Assembly: GCF_009834535.1 (NCBI RefSeq)
Contig: NC_045696.1
Location: forward strand, 117,492,001 to 117,556,000
Direction of reading: 5' to 3'
DNA from: Camelus ferus
Lineage: Eukaryota
DNA: 64,000 bases
The notes under the pieces were generated by a model that was given only the letters and a program-made list of their open reading frames with translations, had not been told where the DNA came from and made no database searches. Shown here piece after piece: positions 12,097 through 26,516 of this stretch. Numbering within the stretch: position 1 is the first letter of the stretch; every line of letters begins with the position of its first letter. The translations under genes were made by a program, and so were the position numbers.

Positions 12097-12979
12097 CTTG
12101 TGAAAAAAATCTCCAGTCAAAACAGAGAATGTTTCTTGTTCTCAGAATAACTTCATTTGCAGAGCACCAAGTAGAACAAGGGTAGAGACTGGGGTCTTGT
12201 GGCTGAATTAATTCTTCACAGCCTATGGACAGGTAATATTTGAAATTTGCCTCTATTGGACACAGAAAACTTGCTGAACAGTCCTTACTCTACGAGGTAA
12301 AATCCCTTTCTTAATTCATTTGATTTTGTTCCTTTTTTTTTCATATTTGTTCACTCCACAAACATTTATTTGTTACTGAGTATGAACAAAGGACTTGGAG
12401 AGCATCTTCAAAGATGACATGAATCTTATATTGGAGGACTTTATCACCTAAGGGTGGGGTAAAAGACTTCCAAATATTAGGGTATAAAATGGGAAGTGAA
12501 CTTCCCTGCCGTAACTCAATACTTTGGAAACAGTAATTTAATTTGCTGTATAGCTTTCAGGATTTTGATGCACATAAAAAGTTTTTCTTTACTGTAAAGA
12601 GAAATGTACTCTGTATGGGTTTCTGGAACCTGAGTTATTACCATTTCCGGAGCATCTTTCCATATAAATACACACAGACCAACCTCATTATTTTTTTAAC
12701 AGTTGTTTTGCATTACATTTAGAAATATCTCAGTTTATATAACTAACTGCCTTTTTGTACGTGTCTTTTAAAATATGGTTAAAAATGAATAGTCTTATTA
12801 TTTATAAAATATACTAAATTGCCAAAGTGACATATGTTTACTCAAACTGAATGGAAGGATATTAAAGGAAAGGAAAAGAATCATCTCAGCTACACCGTAA
12901 TTCAAAGTTGCTTCAAGAAAAAAGAGTGGCTTCTTTTTATGAACATGTAGATTCGTTTGTTTCTTATTTAACTGAAATG

Positions 12980-13370
12980 TCCACGGATCTAGCTCTGAGC
13001 GTGTAAGCTCTACTCCTTCCTTGTGCTCTGTTTCATCTTTTGTAATATGCAGATGCTGCAACAGTCCCAACATACGTCTTCCCAGACTCACATCCAGAGT
13101 AGAGTTCATATTCCCAGAAGCTCACAAACAAGTCCCAAGACTTACTCTCATGGGACCAGCTGGCAAGTCATAACATCCCTGAGCAATCACTGTGGCCCGT
13201 GGCATTGGATAGGCTGTTTGATCAGGCGTGGGTCTTAACACCCTACATCTAGAATCACAGTGACAAAGGGACAACCCAAAGTGTGTGAGCTGGGGGAGAA
13301 GGAAGAACATAATTATTCAAAAAAAGGAAGAATAAATGTTCTTGGCCAAAAAATAAATTAGTATCCACCG
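12980..13370 (-). mobile_element. MaLR LTR (MLT1K-like)
   Basis: 'actctcatgggaccagctggcaagtcataacatccctgagcaatcactgtggcc' resembles antisense MLT1K. Confidence 0.55.
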
Positions 13371-13479
13371 TAGCCTCTGTCTCCCTCCCTGGACTCTGAT
13401 TGGCTCTGCTCACCTAGGAGCACTCTTAACCATCACTCATGGGTTCTTTTACACATTTTCTACGAGTATACATGACATA

Positions 13480-14300
13480 CACAAATAGGATCACACCAGA
13501 GATTTTTTTTTGCTATTCTACAATTCATTAATAATCCATTCTATACTCTCCATATTAGCCCATAGAAATCTACTTCATGCTTTTCAATGACTACATAATA
13601 TTCCATTGTAAGTATGTCCTATCATTCATTTAACTAATCCCCTACTGATGAACAATTGGCTTTTTAGGGGGTAGTGTCTTCATTACAAATAATATTCCAT
13701 TGAAAATACTTGTAGGTAAAGCTGATGCATTTGTTCAAGTTTATCTCTAGATTAAAGTCCTAGACATAAAATTACTAGGTCAAAGAGGATGTGCATTTTA
13801 AATGTTAATAAAGGTATTCAGAAATACAAATAAAAGTTCAAACTTCTGTACTCCTATCCGTCGTACATGAGAACGCCTGAGTCTCTTGTACCTTTGCATT
13901 TTTGCTCATGATGACTAAAAAGCAGTATTTTTATTTTATTTTGGATGTCACACATTTCTGGGCCACATGAATGCCATTATCTGTGAATTGCTCTTCTCCA
14001 TGCTCATTTTTCTTCTGGGTGCTGAATTGTTTTCATTGAGCTCTTGGTATGTTAAGAAAATTAGCACCTCGTCTGTTACATTAACACACTTCTTTAGACT
14101 TTTAACTCTTTTCTTTTTCATGGTATGTTTGCCACGTCAAACTTTGTCAACATTTTATGCATTTAAATTTGTCAATCTCTTTCCCTTGTGGTTTCTGGGT
14201 TTTGGTATGTTACTTCAAAGTCACTTTAAATGTGTACAAAATTCACACATGTTTTCTTCTATTCCTTTGTGCCATTTTTTTCTTTAGGTCATGGATCAAT
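13480..14300 (-). mobile_element. Highly diverged L1ME-like fragment
   Basis: Antisense L1 ORF2 3'-end phrases: 'ataatattccattgta...catttaactaatcccctactgatgaaca', 'ctgtgaattgctcttctccatgctcattttt'. Confidence 0.65.
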
Positions 14301-14399
14301 CAAAAATGAATGTTAGCCTTGGGATGTCATTAATCACTTGTTTCTCTCTTCTTCCAGATACACAGTGGATGGCAGGTGCACAGTTCATAGTAGGTTGCA

Positions 14400-15080
14400 T
14401 TATGAAGCTAGTTCTGGGTAGTCATTTGTGAGTGGACTTGGCACAAGTTCATACTATTTAACTGCAAAGGCAAGGCCTCACTTTTCCCTCTGAGAACGCA
14501 ATTGGCCAAGTGTTATGTGGTGACTCCTCTACCCGCTTGGGTCTTCAACTTAATGCAATCCACAGAGGTCCCCTGACAACCAGGAGTGAAAAATAAACGT
14601 TTGTGGCATTGAGTCACTACAATTTGGTTGCTTTGTAACCACAGCATAACCAGCCCTATTCCAACTGACACAAGAGACCAAGTTGTTTTTTTTCTTGCAT
14701 TTTTGTCTAATAGATGCTCATTTGTCCAGAATGTTCCACTCTGTATCTGGGGCACAGTTTTCTTAGCAATGGTGTCACTGCCTCTCTTTTATCACCTCCC
14801 TGTGAGCATTTGTTTGCATCCAGCCCAGTTTCCAGCTTCCAGCACCAGTTTTGTTGAGGTGTCCCTTAACTGATAGAACTCACTTTGCCCACCTGTTCAA
14901 CACAGTGTAAGTTTCTGGAATTCATGCCTCCAGGCCTCCAGAAGCAACTCTCAAGCAATATCTGGGGAATAGTAGAGTATGAAAATTCCAGCTCATTTAC
15001 CCCTTGGGTGAGATAAGTCTGAGGTGGAATTACTCATCTGGGTTTCCAGAGCTTCTCAAGTGGGATTAACCCCATAACAA
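14400..15080 (+). mobile_element. MLT1-like LTR end (~14670) followed by an ERVL LTR16-like fragment
   Basis: 'aataaacgtttgtggcattgagtcactacaatttggttgctttgtaaccacagcataacc...aactgacaca' (MLT1 end); 'gaagcaactctcaagcaat...tccagctc...tttccagagcttctcaagtgggattaa' (LTR16-like). Confidence 0.45.
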
Positions 15081-15434
15081 TGCTCAGTATTTATCTAATT
15101 ACAACTTTGGTAACCCCATTCTTGTAACAACCTGGGATGTCCACATCCCAAAGGAGACATCGTGGAGAGAACATGACATCAGCCCTGAGAGCTTAATGTG
15201 AATTAAGACCTAGAAACTTCCAAGTCTCAGGAAATAGAATTGATTTCTATAAAAAGGTAATAAGCCTGTCAATTATTGCATGCTTATTCACATGTAGTGG
15301 GTACATTTAACTTTTCTGTTGTTAAATCTGCTTGAAATCCTATTTGAAATTCTTTTCCAGCAAGGATCTCTCAATTTTAAATGGAATGATTGGATTTTAA
15401 TAAAAGGTATATTTATATAAATTAAGAACAACTA

Positions 15435-16097
15435 TGCCACTATAGGGAACCGGATGGAGGTTCCTTAAAAAACTAAAAATAGATTTACCATATGATCCAG
15501 CAATCCCACTCTTAAGCATATATCGAGAAAAGGTGAAAATTCTAATTTGAAAAGATACATGCACCCCAATGTTCTTATTTACAATAACCAAAACTTGGAA
15601 GCAACCTAAATATCCATCAAAAGATGAAAGGATATAGAAGATGCGGTATATATGTACAACGGAATGCCACTCAACCATAAAAAAGACTAAAATAATACCA
15701 TTTGCAGCAACATGGATGGACTTGGAGATTATCATACTAAGTGAAGTCAGAAAGAGAAAGAGAAATACCATATGATATCACTTATATGTGAAATCTAAAA
15801 TATGATACAAATGAACCTCTTTACAAAAAAGAAACAGACTCACAGACACAGAAAACAAACTTATGGCCACTAAAGGGGAAAGTGGGAGGAAGGTGGGATA
15901 AGTCAGGAGTTTGGGATTAACAGTTACACACTACTATATATAAACTAGATAGACAACAAGGCCCTACAGTACAGCACAGGGAACTATATTCAATACCTTG
16001 TAATAACCTATAATGGAAGAGAATCTGGAAAAGAATATATGTGTGTGTATATATATTTATAACTGAATCACTTTGCCGCACATCAGAGAAAAAAAAG
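15435..16097 (+). mobile_element. 5'-truncated artiodactyl/camelid L1 (ORF2 end + 3'UTR)
   Basis: 'ccatatgatccagcaatcccact', 'catttgcagcaacatggatggac', 'cacagggaactatattcaatacc', A tail; flanking aagaacaa repeats. Confidence 0.9.
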
Positions 16098-17169
16098 AAC
16101 AATTAGTATATAGGTGACCAGGAAAACACAGATGCAATTCAGAGATAATGTAGTCATTCTTTAGGTGACATTAAATTAAATTTGAATATATTTTTATTGC
16201 TGATAAACTTCAAGTGAGAAGACATATTTTGAATGAAAGAAGAGTATGGTGGTATCCAAAGGATTGAATATTTATTTATCTCAATTAATTCAAAGCTTAT
16301 CTAATGTCTCCTATGAGAGGGCATTTCAGGAACGTATGTGAAGCTGATACTTTTCCACCATGAATTAATCAGCATCCTCAGAGTTGAACAGGTATCAGAT
16401 GAGAAAGTTCAGGCTTTACTAACATAAAGCAGCAAGAAACCAACAAACTAAAGCCCCTATAATCCATCATCAGACTGCAAATCAAAAACCAAAACACTAT
16501 TTCAAATGATAGTTTTGAATGTTTTGTCATAAGCCATTATTGCTCTGTATTAGAGAAAAGGAGGTTTAAGGAACACCAAGAGAAAAATTCACTGTGCTGG
16601 TTACATGAGATTATGGCTGTGGGAGGAATTTTTCCACTACTAGCAAAGCCAGGGGGGGAAAAAATCTTTGTTTTGTTTTTTTGTTTTTTGCAGAATTTGC
16701 AGAAACAATAACTTTAAATCAGCCCTTCCGATCTACCACAGGCTCTGGGTAATTATCCCCAACAGGTCCCTTTAGTGAGTCAGTTTCTATTTTTTTCTTC
16801 AAAAGTAGTTTCTTTTTGACATTTTTATGCAGTCTTTCTGTTTGCTAAAATAACAGAAGTCTCCTACTACAAAAACATCCACAACTGTCAGGGATTTTGT
16901 TTCTCCAGAGCAGAGCTCTCAAGCCTCCTAACATGGTGGCTAATCTGATCATCTGAAATCTGTGAGTTTCATGTAGATTCTTCCTTCTCTTTAGCAGATT
17001 AATGAAACTGAAGTTGAGACTGGCCCACTGCTCAATTTAATGGTCAAACATGTATGCCTCATCCCTGATGTCTATCTGTGAGTTTCTCGAAAGATTCGTT
17101 TCTCCTTAATCTTGATCTGAAAGAATCCAGTGTAAGCCAAAAAGAAAAATCAAAATAATAACACCTGCA

Positions 17170-19893
17170 TCAGGCCAGGAAGGAGAAAGGGGAACTGATT
17201 TACTCTCCCACCTAAAACAATCAAAAATTAGACTAAGAAATAGAAAGCAGTGGTTTTGAAGAGACTGGATCTTCAAGTGATGAAGAATCCTGGTCCCTGA
17301 GATATGAGAAATAAATCAAGTGAATTGTATGTTGCTTCACCTTCCTACCGTACAAGAGTCTCCTGGCCACGCCTTGAGAGGGAGAGCCCAGGTGGAGGGC
17401 AATCAACTCCTGGAGTTGAGGAGACAGAGGTGAGAGTCTGAAGAGACCAAGGCAGCTGTAGTTCCCAGGGCAGAGCACCAGAGAGTGAAGCACTGCACAG
17501 AGGAAGCACTGCAGACATCAACAGCGTGTCCCCCTTGAGTATTCAGCTGAGAACAGATCAGTGCATGCACGTGAGGGAACTTCCTGAGCCCAGAGAAAGG
17601 ATCACCCAAAAGCATTAGAGGCACCAGTGCCCATTGAGCACTCAGGAGTAAGAATAGTCTCAGTACCCAACAGGCAGACTGACAACCTGAAAATTCACAA
17701 CACATTGAGCACAATACTCAGATGAGGCTTTCTTCAGTGGGGAATAATTAGCCCATGAGTAAACACTACACTGGGTCTGCCTCACAGTTATTAAAAACAA
17801 GACCAGAAAGGACCAAACTGTTTCCAAGTAACTTAACTGTGTCCCAGAACAAAGCTCGAGAGTATTGATACAAACACAAGAATATTCAACATCCCACAAG
17901 GTATAAATTACAATGTCTGGCATTCAGTCAAAAAGTTCCAGACACACAAAGAAACAGGAAAATATGATCCATAATGAGGAGATAAATCAATCAATTGAAT
18001 CTGATTAAGAACTAAGCACAGATGTTAGACTTAGCAGAGAAGGATATTAAAATGGTTATTATAACCATATTCCATATGTTCAAAACGTTAAGCAAAAACA
18101 TGGAAGATATAAAAAAGATTGACATCAAACTTCTAATGATGAAAACTACAGTGTGTGAAATGAAAAATATACTTTCTAGGATTAACATTAGATTAGACAT
18201 TGTGAAAGAAAAGATTGGTGATTTCGAAGGCATAGCAATAGAAACAACCCCAAATGCAACATAGAGAACTTTAAAAAAACTGGACAGAGCATCAGTGAGA
18301 TGTGGGACAATTTCAAGTCACCTAATGTATGAGTAATTGAACTCACAATGGGGAGAGAGGCAAAACAAAACCTATATTTGAAGGAACTATTGATGAAGAT
18401 TTTCCAAATTTGCTAAAAGCCAAAACACAAGAATCTGAGAAACTACAGAAAATATAAAGAAAATGAAACCAAGGCACAGCATAATCAAACTGATCAAAAC
18501 CTGTGATAAACAGAAAACCTTAAAAGCAATCAGAGAAAAAGATATGTTATGTACGAAGGAAAAAAGGAAAATTAACAGTTTCTTGTTGCAAACAATGCAA
18601 GAGGAAAAAAATGGTGTAGCAAGATCTCTAAAATATTGAAAGGGAAAAATCTGCCATTCTAGAATTCTAGTGAAAAGGTCATTCAAAAATGAAAGCAAAA
18701 TAAAGACTGTTCAGATGTATGAAAGCTGGAAGAATTCATCAACTTCTTTGAGAAGATTAGTCAAATTGATAATAAATCTCTAGACTAATCAGGGGAAAGG
18801 GGGAAATATAAATTATGGATATCAGAAATGAGAGAGTGAATATCACTACAATCTTCACAAATATTAAAATGATACTATATACAAACTTTACACCAAGAAA
18901 CTCTGAACCTTAAATATAATGGACAAATTCCTTGATAGATGCAGACCATCAAAACTCATTCAAGAAACAACTATTAAAGCTATCGCTTAAATAGCTCTCT
19001 GTTGATTAAAGAAGTTAAGATTGTAGTTTAGAAACATACAACAAAGAAATGCAGAATCCCAGATGGCTTCACTGGAATATTCTAGTAAAGATTTAAGGAA
19101 TAAATAATATCAACTCTACACAAAGACTTCCACACAACTGAAAAGGAGACAACACTCCCACCTCAGTCTGTGAAGCCAGAATTGCCCTGATAAAACAAAC
19201 AGATGAAGACATTACAAGAAAAAATTGCAAGCCAATATCCCTTCATGATTGAAATGAAAATTTTCTTACCAAAATTTGAGCAAATTAAGTCTGATACTAT
19301 GTAAAAGATAAAACAGCATGACCAAACATGCAAGGTTTTGTAAAGTTGATTTAACAATAGAAAATTACCAATGAGCTTTATAATAACAAAACACAAATAA
19401 GTGAAATAAGAAAAAATTATATAACATCTCAATAGATGCAGAAGAAAGCATTTGACAAATTTCAACATATATTCCAGATAAAAACTCTTAGAAAACTAGG
19501 AATAGAAGGGAACTTTCTTAATTTGATAAAGGGTGTCCACAAAAATACAGCTGAAAAACTGTAAATATAGCTTTATCTAACATGAAGAATGAAGCAGGAT
19601 GTCCACTCTCACCACTTCTCTTCAATACTGTATTGGAATTTCTTGTCAGTGCAATAAAGCAAGAAAAAGAAATAAAAGGCATCCAGACAGGAAAAGCAGA
19701 AATAAAGCTGTTTTCACTCAGAAACAGTATAATTGTTTCTGCATAATCTTCATTGGAATCTATTTTTTAAAAACTGCTATAACTATTAAGTGAGTTTAAT
19801 GTTTCAGGGTAAGAGATCAATATATAAGAATACAATTGAATTTTTATATATTAGCAATAAACAAGCAGAAATTTAAATAAAAAGAAAACACAC
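17170..19893 (+). mobile_element. Old L1M element: 5'UTR, ORF1 remnant and internally deleted ORF2
   Basis: ORF 18022-18264 (KTTVCEMKNILSRINIRLDIVKEKIGDFE) resembles the ORF1p coiled coil; ORF2 phrases 'cccagatggcttcactgg', 'ctcaatagatgcagaagaaagcatttgacaaa'; many stops. Confidence 0.85.
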
Positions 19894-22570
19894 CAGAAAA
19901 AAAGAACTCTTCCCAACTCATTCTATAAGGTCAGTGTTATTCTGATACCAAACCAAAACAAAAAGCCAAAAAAAAAAAAAAAGAAAAAAAAAAGAAAAAA
20001 AATTACAGGCCAATATCTGGGATAAATATAGATGCAAAAATCCTCAGCAAAATGTTAGCAAACCAACTTCAATAACACATTAAAAGGATCACACACCATG
20101 ATCAAGTGGGATTTATCCCAGGGATGCAAGGATGGTTCAAAATCAGCAAATCAATCAGCATGATGCACCACAGTTGGCAAAATTAAGGATTAAATTCACA
20201 TGATTATCTCAGTAGATGCAGAAAAAGCTTTTAAAAATTCAACTTTCATTTATGATAAAAAAAAAAAACTCTCAACAAAGTGGGAATACAGGGGAAATAA
20301 CCTCATAATAATAATAACATAATAAAGGCCATTGATGACAAACTCACAGCTAACATCATACTCAATAGTGAAAAGCTGAAAGCATCTCCTCTAAGATCAG
20401 GAACAAGACAAGGACACCCTCTCACCATTTTTATTCAACATAGTATTGGAAGTTCTAGCCACAGCAATAAGACAGAGGGAAAAAAAGAAAAGAAAAAAGA
20501 AAGAAAGAAAAGGTATCCATATTGGAAAGAAGTAAAACAATCACTCCTTCCAGATGACATACTATATATAGAAAACCCTAAACACTCCACCAAAAGAATT
20601 CTTAGAATTAATACATGAATTCAGCACAGTTGCAGAATACAAAATTAACATGCAGAAATCGGTTGCATTTCTATTCAGTAATAATGATCTATCAGAAAGA
20701 GAAATTTAAAAGAAAAACCCAGTTACAATTACATCCAAAAGAATAAAATACCTAAGAAAAAATTTAACCAAGTATGTGAAGGACCTATACTCTGGAAACT
20801 ATAAGACATTGATAAAGGAAACTGAAGACAGCACAAATAAATGGAAAGATATACTGTGCTCATGGATTGGAAGAAGTAATATTGTTATAATTCCCATAGA
20901 GCCCCAAAGAATCTACAGATTCAGTGCAATCCCTATCAAAATTCCAATGGCATTTTTTCACAGAACTCAAACACATAATCCTAAAATTCGTATGGAACCA
21001 CACAAGACCCCAAATAGCCAAAGCAATCTTGAGAAAGAAGAACAAAGCTGGAGGTATAATGCATGCTCCCTGATTTCAAACTATATTACTGAGCTATAGT
21101 AATTAAAGCAGTATGGCACTGGCACAAAAACAGACACATAGATCAATAGAACAGAAAAGAGATCTCAGAAATAAACCCACAATTATGTGTTTAATTAAGG
21201 TATGACAAAGGAGGCAAGAACATACAATGGGGAAAGGACAGCCTCTTCAATAAATGGTATTGTGAAAACTGGACAGCTACATGCAAAAGAATCAAACCAG
21301 ACCACTTTCTTATATCATGTACAAAAATAGACTCAAAATGGATTAAAGAGTTAAATGTAAAACCTGAAACCATAAAACTCCTACAAGAAAACATAGGCTG
21401 TATGCTCTTTGACATCAATCTTAGCAATATTTTTTTGGATATGTCCCCTCAGACAAGGGAGACAAAAGCAAGAATAAACAAATATGACTACATCGAACTA
21501 GAAAGCTTTTGCACAGCAAAGCAAAGCATCAACAAAACGAAAGGGCAAATGGGCAAAGATATTTGCAACAATATATTCTGTAAATGGTTAATATCCAAGT
21601 TATATAAATAAATCATAGAACTCAATATGAAAAAAAGTAAACAATCCAATTAAAAATGGGCAGGAGACCTAAACAGACATTAGACATTTCTCCAAAGAAG
21701 ACATACAAATGACCAACAGGCACATGAAAAGATGTTCAACATCGCTAATCATCAGGGAAATGCAAATCAAAACCACAATGAGGCATCACCTCACACCTGT
21801 CAGAATGGCTGTCGTCAAAAAGGCTACAAATAACAAATGTTGGTGAGGATGTGAAGAAAAGGGAACCCTCACGCACTGTTGGTAGAAATGTAAATTGGTG
21901 CAACCACTATGGAAAACAGTATGGAGTTTCCTCAAAAAAAAAAAAGGAGCTACTGTAAGATCCAGAAGTTCCACTTCTGGGTATTTGGCCAAAGAAACAA
22001 AACCCCTGATTCAAAGGGATAGATGCACCCCTGTGTTCATTGCAGCATCATTTACAATAGCCAAGATATGGAAGCAACCTGTATTTACTAATAGATGAAT
22101 GGATAAAGAAGATACATGTATGTATGTATGTGTGTATATATATATATCAGCCATAAAAAAGAATGAAATCTTGCCATTTGCAAAAACATGGATGGATCTC
22201 AAGGGTACTATGCTAAATGAAATAAATTAGATGAAGACTAATACACATGAACTCACTTGTATGTGGAACCTGAAAACCAAAATAAGTGATCAAACAAAAC
22301 AAAACAGAAACAGACTTGAAGAAACAGAGAGCAAACTTGTGGTTGCTGGAGGGGGCGGGGGCGGGAATGAAATATATGGAGGGGATTAAGAGGTAGAAAC
22401 TTCCAGTTATACTGATAAGAAAGTCACAGGGATGTAATATACAGCATAAGGAACATAGTAACAGTCTAATTATTTTGTATGGTGACAGTTCCTAGACTTG
22501 TGATCATTTTATAATTTATTTAAATGTTGAATCAGTATGTGTTTATGTCAACTATCCTTCAATTACAAAG
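19894..22570 (+). mobile_element. Less diverged 5'-truncated L1 (ORF2 RT/C-terminus + 3'UTR) nested in the older L1
   Basis: ORF 20776-21099 [36 protein letters not shown]...[16 protein letters not shown] is L1 ORF2p; it re-covers RT sequence already present at 19150-19700; frameshifted. Confidence 0.9.
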
Positions 22571-22699
22571 AGAGAGAGAGTGCTTGCCTTCATAGAAAGG
22601 GGAACTAAACTAACAACCAACAATGGCGATAATAAAAGCAAAGAGATTGTGAAATAATATCTTGACAGACTGAGAATATAGGGTATTTAACACAGAACT

Positions 22700-23375
22700 G
22701 AATATACAACCAACGTATCTTCACAGATAAGGGTTCAACTCCTTTGGAAAAAACCATTTGATGGTCTTCTTTAAAAAGTGAAACTAATGTATAATCCAGG
22801 CAATTCACTTCTGGATATCTACCCAAGAAAATTAAAGGGTATGTCAGAACAAAGACTTGTACACAAATGTTCCTAATAAATGTATCTGTATTAGCCAAAA
22901 CCTAGAAACAGCACAAATGCTCAGCCCAGAAAAAAAGGATAAAGAAACTGAGGCATAGCAATATAATGAAACACTACTCAGAGATAAAAATGAATGAACT
23001 ATTGATACAAACAGCACAAGTGAAGCTCAAAAGAATTATGCTGAGTGAAAGAAACCAGGACCCTCCCACCCCCCACAACAATGCATACTGTTTGGTTCTA
23101 TTTGTATACATTTCCAGAAAACACGAACTAACCTACTGGGACAGAAAGCAGCGAAGTGGTTGACTGAGGATGGGAGGGGCCATGAGGAGATGGAGGAGGA
23201 AGAGATTAGAAAAACAAATGAGGACACTTTGGGTGTGAAGGGTGTTGCCATTATCTTGATTATGTTGCCAGTTTCGTGGGTGTAAACGTAGGTCAAAACT
23301 TACCAGATAGTACACTTTAAATATGCATTGCTTGTTTTATGCCAATTGTTCCTCAGTAAAGCTGATAAAAAATTT
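22700..23375 (+). mobile_element. L1MB/MC-type 3' end (probable continuation of the host L1)
   Basis: 'aagacttgtacacaaatgttc', 'attatgctgagtgaaagaaaccag', 'gtcaaaacttaccagatagtacactttaaatatg'. Confidence 0.75.
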
Positions 23376-23557
23376 TTAAATATGAAATAAGTGGACTTGA
23401 TCTTTCCTTTTGTGCAAGAATCCAGAAGCCCTTCAGCGCAGACTGGCGGTGAACACTATGGTGGCCCCACGAATAGGCATCAGGCTGTAATCTTAGGCGG
23501 TAAGAAGGTTCACCTAGATGTTGAACCAGTTTCTTTTTACCTAAAGCTTGGACAGAC

Positions 23558-24380
23558 CAAGGTCAGATCCAAGGGTTTGGGGTCTAAAGAATGTTAATTT
23601 GAGGATGTTAATTTCAGACAAAAATACAGAATTTAAAATATTAAATTAGGTTGGGATGTGATTATTCATATAGCATAAGAAACTGGAAAATGTTTCTAAC
23701 TTTTAAAAAGCTGAAAAACACCTCAATCGCACAAAATTAAAAAAAAAATGATGTCCATATTTATTCATTCACCAGTTTCACTTCTTAATACATTTTTTGT
23801 GCAAAATTTTCGTTCATCTCTTTTATGATAATTTTTACAGCATTGTCTATAAGAAAATAAAAAGAGAATTCATTCTTTCCTCTGCATATAATCTTAGGAA
23901 TTGTACATGCAGCATTATTTATTATATTGCTGAAGAGAGCAAACTTTGTTTGACTTGATATTGATAAAAACTCAATCCTCCACTAGCAATTTTACATTTC
24001 TAATAATTGGAAGAATTTCCATAGACTCACTTCTACTCCTGTACATTTTGACCCAAATTTCACCTCACTACCTGTACACTTGTAGTGTTGGACCCCTAAG
24101 CACCCATTTCGTGATGAAACCTTTGACCCTGCGCGTTGTTGTCACAGTGCCTGGTGAGCTGGCACAGTGGATGGAATGAGGATTCCTGGAAGGCAGTCCT
24201 GCCCGGAGGTGGCTAGCAATACCTTAACTAAATAGGGGAGTGTCTGTAGCCCACATACATAGACCCTCTCAAATTGCATCCCCTAGGATTTCTGTAGTAG
24301 TTCCAGTTCTACCCAACCCAAGTAAATATAACAGGGCCGAGAGCATTAGAAGGGAGAAAAGACAGTGGGCTTAACCAATA
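23558..24380. mobile_element. Probable hAT-Tip100-family DNA transposon remnant
   Basis: Start 'caaggtcagatccaagggtttggggtctaaag...aaaaatacagaatt...aaattagg' resembles Tip100-type termini; family assignment tentative. Confidence 0.4.
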
Positions 24381-24797
24381 TCAGTTAAAAAAATCTAGTT
24401 TTTGAAAATTTTGGAAGAATCTGTGACTGTATGAACACATCAGTAGAGTCTCCCCTCTCTCCCCCACAGCCTCAGAAGGGACTCTGCCAGTAAAGGATCC
24501 TGGAACTTCAAATCGCTGGTTTCCCAGTGGAATGACCTTCGAAATGATCCTCTGTTTCTTCCTACACTTTCCTATTTTCTCTGTACTGTTTGCTGTCCCC
24601 TTCAAGCCATTCCCTGACTCAGTTCCTCAATCTAGGTGATGATAGGCATTTGGCTTTATATGTGATCCAAAAAACACCTTGAGAATTATCCCTGCCGAAT
24701 TTTATCACATGTAAGGGAAGGTATAGTGATGATAATTTCTGTAAAATGAGCAATTATCAAGATAAAGAGAAATACATTTTGCTTAAGATATACTAAT

Positions 24798-24936
24798 GGC
24801 AAGGACGGGTATAGCTCAGGGGTAGAGCTCATGCCTAGAATGCATGAGGTCCCAGGTTCAATTCCCAGTACCTCCAATAAATAAGTAAATCTAGTTACCT
24901 TTCCCCCTTAAAAAAAAGAACAAAAAAAGAGTTTTA
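24798..24936 (+). mobile_element. Vic-1-like SINE
   Basis: 'gggtatagctcaggggtagagc...ggttcaattcccagtacctcc'; TSD aagatatactaat at 24785-24797 and 24937-24949. Confidence 0.9.
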
Positions 24937-25329
24937 AAGATATACTAATAGATTGCCTCAGATGAGAAACCAATGTGCATTTACATGTTTTAAATTAAGC
25001 ATATGTAAATAGTTTCAGAATTTTGCCCCTCAAACATAAACCCAGACTCCAGTTTTTGTTATTCCTCTGGAATTCAAACTCTGATTAATTAGAATTATCA
25101 CAGGATGGCATCATTTAATTAATTTCTTTCTGCCTAACTTAAAATCCTTAGCCAAAACATTCTATGTTTTCATTCTGCATTGTTCAGAATTGTGGTAAGT
25201 CTTAAGTGGGACAACTTTTCTCACTTAATAGCCTGAATGGAATTTAATTTGATTATTAGGCTGCTGAATTGCTTCAGGAATGTGATTCTGGAAGTCAGTT
25301 CTCCTCATACCAGAGAGCCTGTGTCACCT

Positions 25330-25933
25330 ACAACCCTTTGTAGCACAAAACACATCAAGTGGCTAAAACTACAAATGGTAGTTTGAGCAACTAAGTTTGC
25401 AGTCAGTCCAAGGGCAGTGCTTACTTCAGGTAAGGCTTGATCCAGGAGTTCAATGGCTGTCAGTATGAGCCTGAATTCCCTCTGTCCCAGTGGCTTCAAA
25501 CTCGGGCTCTACCTGGTGGTAACTCCAGCAGAACCATGCTCTCTCCTGTAGGTAAGAAAATGCTGCCACAATTTCAGAACTCACCTCCTTCATACAATGC
25601 AGTTAAAGAAGGGAGCGCCTCATTCCCAGAAGACCAGCAAACATCTCATTCTATTTCATTGGCTCTGAATAGAATGTATTCTTTTTTTTTTTTTCTATTC
25701 ATTTTTGAACTAGGTAGTATGGCAGGGGAAAGGGCAATGAGGAATCGGCTATAGTGGTTGGCTTACGTCAATCTAAGCTCACTTCCAAGGGAAGCGTGGG
25801 GTCACTTCTACACAAACTAAATGGCTGTGCCATGGGGTTGGGGGACAGGGAGGGAGGGTAGATTTTCCAGAGGAAATAATGATGAGGGAGAATGGGTATT
25901 AGGGATGCAACCAACAAATATATGTCTGCTACA
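25330..25933 (-). mobile_element. MaLR LTR (MLT1J/K-like)
   Basis: 'cttcaggtaaggcttgatccaggagttcaa', 'tcattggctctgaa', ends 'tgtctgctaca'. Confidence 0.65.
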
Positions 25934-25974
25934 ACATCTATGACCTGATTATGCTTTGAAGTTGGGTGGCGTGG

Positions 25975-26180
25975 AGTTCTAATTCCATTTGATTCCACCT
26001 AATTCCACCATTTATTATTTATAAGACCTTAGGCAAGTTAACTTTTTAAAGGCAGTTACCTCTTCCATAAAATGGTGAAAATGACACCTACCCCCCAGAG
26101 TTATTATGAAAGTGACAGAAGGTAATGTACATACAGGGAGTCACAGTGTCTGAGGCATGATAGGTAATAGTAATTGTCAC
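25975..26180 (+). mobile_element. MIR SINE
   Basis: 'gaccttaggcaagttaact...ccataaaatggtgaaaatgacacctacc...gttattatgaa' MIR core. Confidence 0.7.
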
Positions 26181-26516
26181 TCTTGCACAAATTCTTTAGT
26201 CCTGTGAATGGCTGGTATTAAAATGGGAGGCAGGGGAATTCTCTTTTACAGAGAACAAATCACTATTCTGGCTGAAGGGAGAGCAGCCGTGGACATCGGG
26301 GGGCAACTGGCCTCCCCCAATGTATAGAAAATCCCCTTGCAAGCCTCCACTGAGAGGTATGTTAGGATGGAAATAGTCCTGTGGTCCGAAATCAAAACTG
26401 GAATCTGTTTTCTCAGAGATAATATGGTCTAAATGGTGATCGATTTCTGACACTAGCTCAGAAGCAGCCATTTAAGTCACAATGCAGCTAACAAATAGTA
26501 CCTTCAAAAGAATATT

